Below, in pieces: positions 28,844 to 32,000 of a stretch of 32,000 bases of DNA. Origin of the DNA: Candidatus Iainarchaeum sp. (GTDB lineage Archaea > Iainarchaeota > Iainarchaeia > Iainarchaeales > JAZDEL01). The number at the start of each line of letters is the position of its first letter. Position 1 is the stretch's first letter. The notes beneath the pieces were generated by a model. The model did no database searches. It worked only from the letters and a program-made list of their open reading frames with translations, and was not told where the DNA came from. A program made the translations under genes and the position numbers. The stretch covers positions 1-32,000 of the forward strand of contig JAZDEL010000002.1 in the NCBI GenBank assembly GCA_043808785.1, given 5' to 3'.

Positions 28844-30437
28844 TGGGCTGCATAGGGCTGCAGAAGGCGGGCACACGACTGAACCGAAAACCCGCGAACC
28901 TGGCGCCGCGGAAGAGCTGGGCACGGTTATAAGCACAATGGACTCCCCCTCGCCGAGCGCCCTCTCGTTTGTCGTCACGAACGGAAAGGCGCACCGCGGC
29001 GAATTCGTTGAAATGGATTATGAGGAGGGCACGCTGATTGCGCTCATCACAAACGTTGTGAAAACAAACCGCTATTTCGAGCGCGCGGATTCGGTTAAGG
29101 AATTCGAGAGCAACGGCAGGAAAATGTTCGAGCATTTCCCGACATCGGAATGGGAATACCTTGTTGCGCAAACCCGCCCTTTGGGCGCTTATTCGGAAGG
29201 CAGGGTCACGCGCGCATCTTTTCCGCCAAGCCCGGGCACAAAGGTGCGCATTGCCTCCGCGGAAAGCCTCAGGAACTTCCTGCATTTCGATGACAAAGGC
29301 CTGCACATGGGCGAGATAGAGCACCCGCGTGTTGACGTTAAGTTGAACCTGACAAAGCTGCTGCAGAAGCACCTCTCAATCCTTGCCCAGAGCGGCGCGG
29401 GGAAAAGTTACACAGTATCGTGCTTACTCGAGGAACTCCTCGACCGCAGGAAAGAACATGGGAGGGTTGCCGTTGTCGTCCTCGACCCGCACGGCGAATA
29501 CAGTTGCTTTGCGGAACCCTGCACAGATAAGGGGCACACTGATTATTCCTCCCGCACGCGGCTTGTGCGCGCGCGCGACATAAAAATCGGGGTGCCGAAA
29601 CTCACCGCGGGAATTATCGCGGGAATGACTCCCGACATAACAAGCATACAGAAGCGCCATTTGGAAAAGGCGCTCAATGCTTTGCGCGCTAAAATGAAGT
29701 CAGGCGAGGGGCCTTTCGATTTCGGGGATGTGAAAAGGGAACTGAACAGAGACGAGGAACTCAAGGATAATGTTCGCGCCCCGCTCGTAGCAAGGCTTTC
29801 TTCGCTCGAGGATTTGCGCATTTTCGGCAGGACTGACAATCCGAGCCTCACGGATTTGGTGAAGCCCGGCATGTTAACAATCATTGACCTCGGCGATTTG
29901 ACAGACCTGATAAAAAAGCAGATTATAGTGAGTTATTTCGCGCAGAAGCTTTTCCGCGAGCGCAGGGCAAAAACCGTCCCTCCCTTCCTGCTCGTCATAG
30001 AGGAGGCGCACCAGTTCGCGCCCGAAAAAGTGCGGCACGAGGGGGCGATTTCAAAAAGCATAATCCGCACAATCGCGAGGGAGGGGAGAAAATTCGGCGC
30101 CGCCCTTTGCTTGGTTTCCCAGAGGCCCGTGCATTTGGACACAACAGTTCTTAGCCAGTGCAACACCCACCTCATACTTCGCGTAACAAACCCTTACGAT
30201 TTGGACCACATAGGGAAAAGTTCCGAGGGCATAGACAGGGCAAGCCAGGATATGATTACCTCGCTGCGCGTGGGGGAAGCGTTGCTTGTAGGGGAAGCGG
30301 TTAACAACCCGATATTCTTCCGCGTGCGCAAGCGCAGGTCCGCGCCCTCGAAGCACGAGGTTCCTTTGGAGGAAACGGCAAGGCTTTACGAGGAGAACAG
30401 GGAGCAGGCGAAAGAAGAGGCGGAAGAATTTTTGTGA
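28827..30437 (+). CDS. herA: HerA-type hexameric ATPase/helicase
   Basis: The N-terminal barrel-like region is LSFVVTNGKAHRGEFVEMDYEEGTLIALITNV. Walker A is ILAQSGAGKSYT and Walker B is FLLVIEEAHQF. The downstream block LVSQRP...THLILRV is typical of the HerA/FtsK-like clade. Confidence 0.85.
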   Translation: MDWMDDGLHRAAEGGHTTEPKTREPGAAEELGTVISTMDSPSPSALSFVVTNGKAHRGEFVEMDYEEGTLIALITNVVKTNRYFERADSVKEFESNGRKMFEHFPTSEWEYLVAQTRPLGAYSEGRVTRASFPPSPGTKVRIASAESLRNFLHFDDKGLHMGEIEHPRVDVKLNLTKLLQKHLSILAQSGAGKSYTVSCLLEELLDRRKEHGRVAVVVLDPHGEYSCFAEPCTDKGHTDYSSRTRLVRARDIKIGVPKLTAGIIAGMTPDITSIQKRHLEKALNALRAKMKSGEGPFDFGDVKRELNRDEELKDNVRAPLVARLSSLEDLRIFGRTDNPSLTDLVKPGMLTIIDLGDLTDLIKKQIIVSYFAQKLFRERRAKTVPPFLLVIEEAHQFAPEKVRHEGAISKSIIRTIAREGRKFGAALCLVSQRPVHLDTTVLSQCNTHLILRVTNPYDLDHIGKSSEGIDRASQDMITSLRVGEALLVGEAVNNPIFFRVRKRRSAPSKHEVPLEETARLYEENREQAKEEAEEFL

Positions 30438-30482
30438 GTGCGATGGCGCGCAGGCGCACGGATTAGTCAGGCTAACGCAACT

Positions 30483-30698
30483 TCAACAGAGGTTACCATC
30501 TTCCGGCCCCTCCTGTTCCCGAACTCCAAACGCTCGGCAGGGGGTCAGGCATTCTATGTGCAGTTCTATGGCTTCCTTCAAGTTAGCTATGGCTTCCTCC
30601 ACGGTATCGCCCTGCGAAGCGATATCCAAATTAGGAGACCAAGCGGAAAAAGAGCCGCCCTCAGGAATTATCACTGCCAAAAAATCAAACGTATTCAT
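30483..30698 (-). CDS. HicB-like antitoxin-fold protein (UPF0150)
   Basis: FDFLAVIIPEGGSFSAWSPNLDIASQGDTVEEAIANLKEAIELHIE is the HicB N-terminal (RNase H-like fold) pattern. No HicA-like ORF is adjacent. Confidence 0.65.
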   Translation of the reverse strand: MNTFDFLAVIIPEGGSFSAWSPNLDIASQGDTVEEAIANLKEAIELHIECLTPCRAFGVREQEGPEDGNLC

Positions 30699-30710
30699 GT
30701 AACCGCCGCC

Positions 30711-30986
30711 CTAATTATATTTAACCTTCATCCAAACCAGCGCGGTAACTATTGTAATTGATGCCGTGTTCGTGGCAATCACCGGCATGTTTTCAATCAT
30801 TATTCCGTAGGCGAGCCAGAGCACGCTTCCCGCGAGGATTATAAGCAGGGTCCAGAGTGAGAGGTCCTTTGCGCTTTTAGTTGTCCATGTCCTGAACAAC
30901 TGCGGCAGCCATGCCGCGACAATCAACAGCCCCGCGAAAAACCCTACCACTTCCGCGAACCCCGCAACATCCGCAAGCACGTTCAA
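30711..30986 (-). CDS. SemiSWEET / PQ-loop three-helix membrane protein
   Basis: It has three TM helices and the PQ motif (AAWLPQLFRTWTTKSAKDLSLWT). It starts at TTG, 7 nt after the Fic stop. The stop is TAG. Confidence 0.65.
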   Translation of the reverse strand: MNVLADVAGFAEVVGFFAGLLIVAAWLPQLFRTWTTKSAKDLSLWTLLIILAGSVLWLAYGIMIENMPVIATNTASITIVTALVWMKVKYN

Positions 30987-30993
30987 CGCACCT

Positions 30994-31890
30994 TCAGCAT
31001 TTCTGCATTATGCAATCCTTATATTGGCTGATGTAAGCCTGATAAAGGTATCTGACAAAAGGCCTCTCCTTTTTCTTTGCGTCCACTTCCCGAAGGGTGA
31101 GGTAATACAGCATTTTTTCGGAATTGTAGATGTTTAGAAGGGGATAATTGTTCTTCATCAGTATGTAATTCATGAGCAGCCTCGAAACCCTCCCGTTTCC
31201 GTCCATGAACGGGTGTATGCGTGCAATGCGCAGGTGCACGAGCGCTGCAAGCTCGAAAGTGTGCAGCATGCCCTCCGCCTGCCCGAACCACGAGAACAGC
31301 CTTGCAAGTTCAGCAGGCACTTCCTCCGGCTTAGGGGGCAGGTAATTGCCGACTATATTCTGCCTTTCCCTTATTTTTCCCGCCTCGGGGTGCACGCCCT
31401 TCATTTCAAGAGCATGCAGCTTCAGCAGCAGTTCTTTGCCAAATTCACCCTTATAATCGAAAAGGAAGTCTATGCACGCCTTCATGTTCTTTACTTCCCT
31501 GATGCTGCGCTTCGCGTATTTTGTTTTCGGCTTTTTCCCGTCGATTATGTTCCCCGTGTCCTCATAACTTACAGGGCAGCCCTCAATCGCGTTCGTGTCA
31601 TAAATGAACCCTATAAGCCTTTCCTTCCCGCTTTTCCACATCCCCTTCCCTATTTTGTGCCTTTTCAGGTAGCCCTCCCTAAGCAGTTCTATTACTTTCA
31701 CCTGTTTCGGCGTCATCAGCCTTTTCACCGGCTGCGCAAGTTCGAGCCCCTTTTCCGCAGTTCCCAGGTTGGAGAGGTCCTTCCCCACGTATTTGCTTAT
31801 CTTTTTCCACTTGCCCTTCGAAACGCGGATATTCCTGGAAAGGTAGAAGTATTCCTTTCCCGCGACCTTCTTCCGTTCTATATATGCCAT
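30994..31890 (-). CDS. Fic-domain protein (AMPylase family) with an N-terminal wHTH-like region
   Basis: The canonical Fic motif HPFMDGNGRVSRLL (HxFx[DE]GNGRxxR) is present. The supplied ORF is trimmed to the ATG at 31890 (MAYIERKKVAGKEYFYLS...). The box cttttaaac lies 22-30 nt upstream, implying a near-leaderless mRNA. Confidence 0.85.
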   Translation of the reverse strand: MAYIERKKVAGKEYFYLSRNIRVSKGKWKKISKYVGKDLSNLGTAEKGLELAQPVKRLMTPKQVKVIELLREGYLKRHKIGKGMWKSGKERLIGFIYDTNAIEGCPVSYEDTGNIIDGKKPKTKYAKRSIREVKNMKACIDFLFDYKGEFGKELLLKLHALEMKGVHPEAGKIRERQNIVGNYLPPKPEEVPAELARLFSWFGQAEGMLHTFELAALVHLRIARIHPFMDGNGRVSRLLMNYILMKNNYPLLNIYNSEKMLYYLTLREVDAKKKERPFVRYLYQAYISQYKDCIMQKC

Positions 31891-31897
31891 GGTATAA

Positions 31898-31967
31898 TTA
31901 GGGCGCACAAAGTTTAAAAGCCTATTTAGGGCGCACAATTTTCATTTTTTGAAACGTGCGCCCTAAA
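31898..31967. promoter_or_regulatory. Three copies of TTAGGGCGCAC flanking the Fic TATA box (putative operator)
   Basis: The copies are ttagggcgcacaa at 31898-31910, tttagggcgcacaa at 31925-31938, and the inverted copy gtgcgccctaaa at 31956-31967. The TATA-like gtttaaaag at 31912-31920 lies between copies 1 and 2. Confidence 0.6.
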
Positions 31968-32000
31968 TCACATGCCTGCGTAGGGTTCCTTCTGGCGGCA

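Noticed and set aside
28545-29372. 275-aa minus-strand ORF overlapping the zinc-ribbon gene and herA
   Set aside because: It is antisense to the HerA barrel and Walker A region. It is Arg-rich with no motifs and no plausible promoter.

Overview
The window is a compact archaeal chromosomal segment. Archaeal markers are a class III signal-peptide pilin, archaeal DnaG, Hjc, Pth2, an RNase P Rpr2-type subunit, NurA/HerA, and intron-containing tRNAs with A/T-rich TATA boxes about 30 nt upstream. GGTGA/GGAGG Shine-Dalgarno-like motifs precede many starts. The style (few metabolic genes, large surface proteins, many short basic proteins) suggests a small-genome, DPANN-like archaeon, but this is inference only. 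From left to right the window holds the following. (1) The tail of a DDE transposase. (2) A surface locus: a divergent type IV pilin-like gene with a Cys-rich head, then a tight operon of three tandem paralogous secreted proteins and a 1018-aa membrane-anchored protein carrying about 10 CxxxxDDDxDGxxDExC repeats, a CARDB-like domain and thrombospondin-type-3-like Asp repeats. (3) A housekeeping stretch with the RNase P subunit, a DUF95/SpoIIM-like protein, tmk, a transglutaminase-like protein, an ACT protein, dnaG, a DUF167 protein and hjc, interleaved with three tRNA genes, two of which carry long introns. (4) A 9-kb co-directional minus-strand array that includes four paralogous, very basic, multi-helix-turn-helix proteins. 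(5) An island with a PIN protein, an RHH protein, nurA, a zinc-ribbon gene, herA, a HicB-like gene, a SemiSWEET and a Fic protein. The most unusual non-genic signal is a mosaic family of short palindromic modules. It fills six intergenic regions, abuts the 3' end of all three tRNA genes, and recurs inside one tRNA intron. Other notable items are a roughly 230-aa RGG/GAR-like insertion in DnaG, a gene split by a single in-frame TAG, and a triple operator-like repeat at the Fic promoter. All functional calls rest on motif recognition by eye; no database search was possible.
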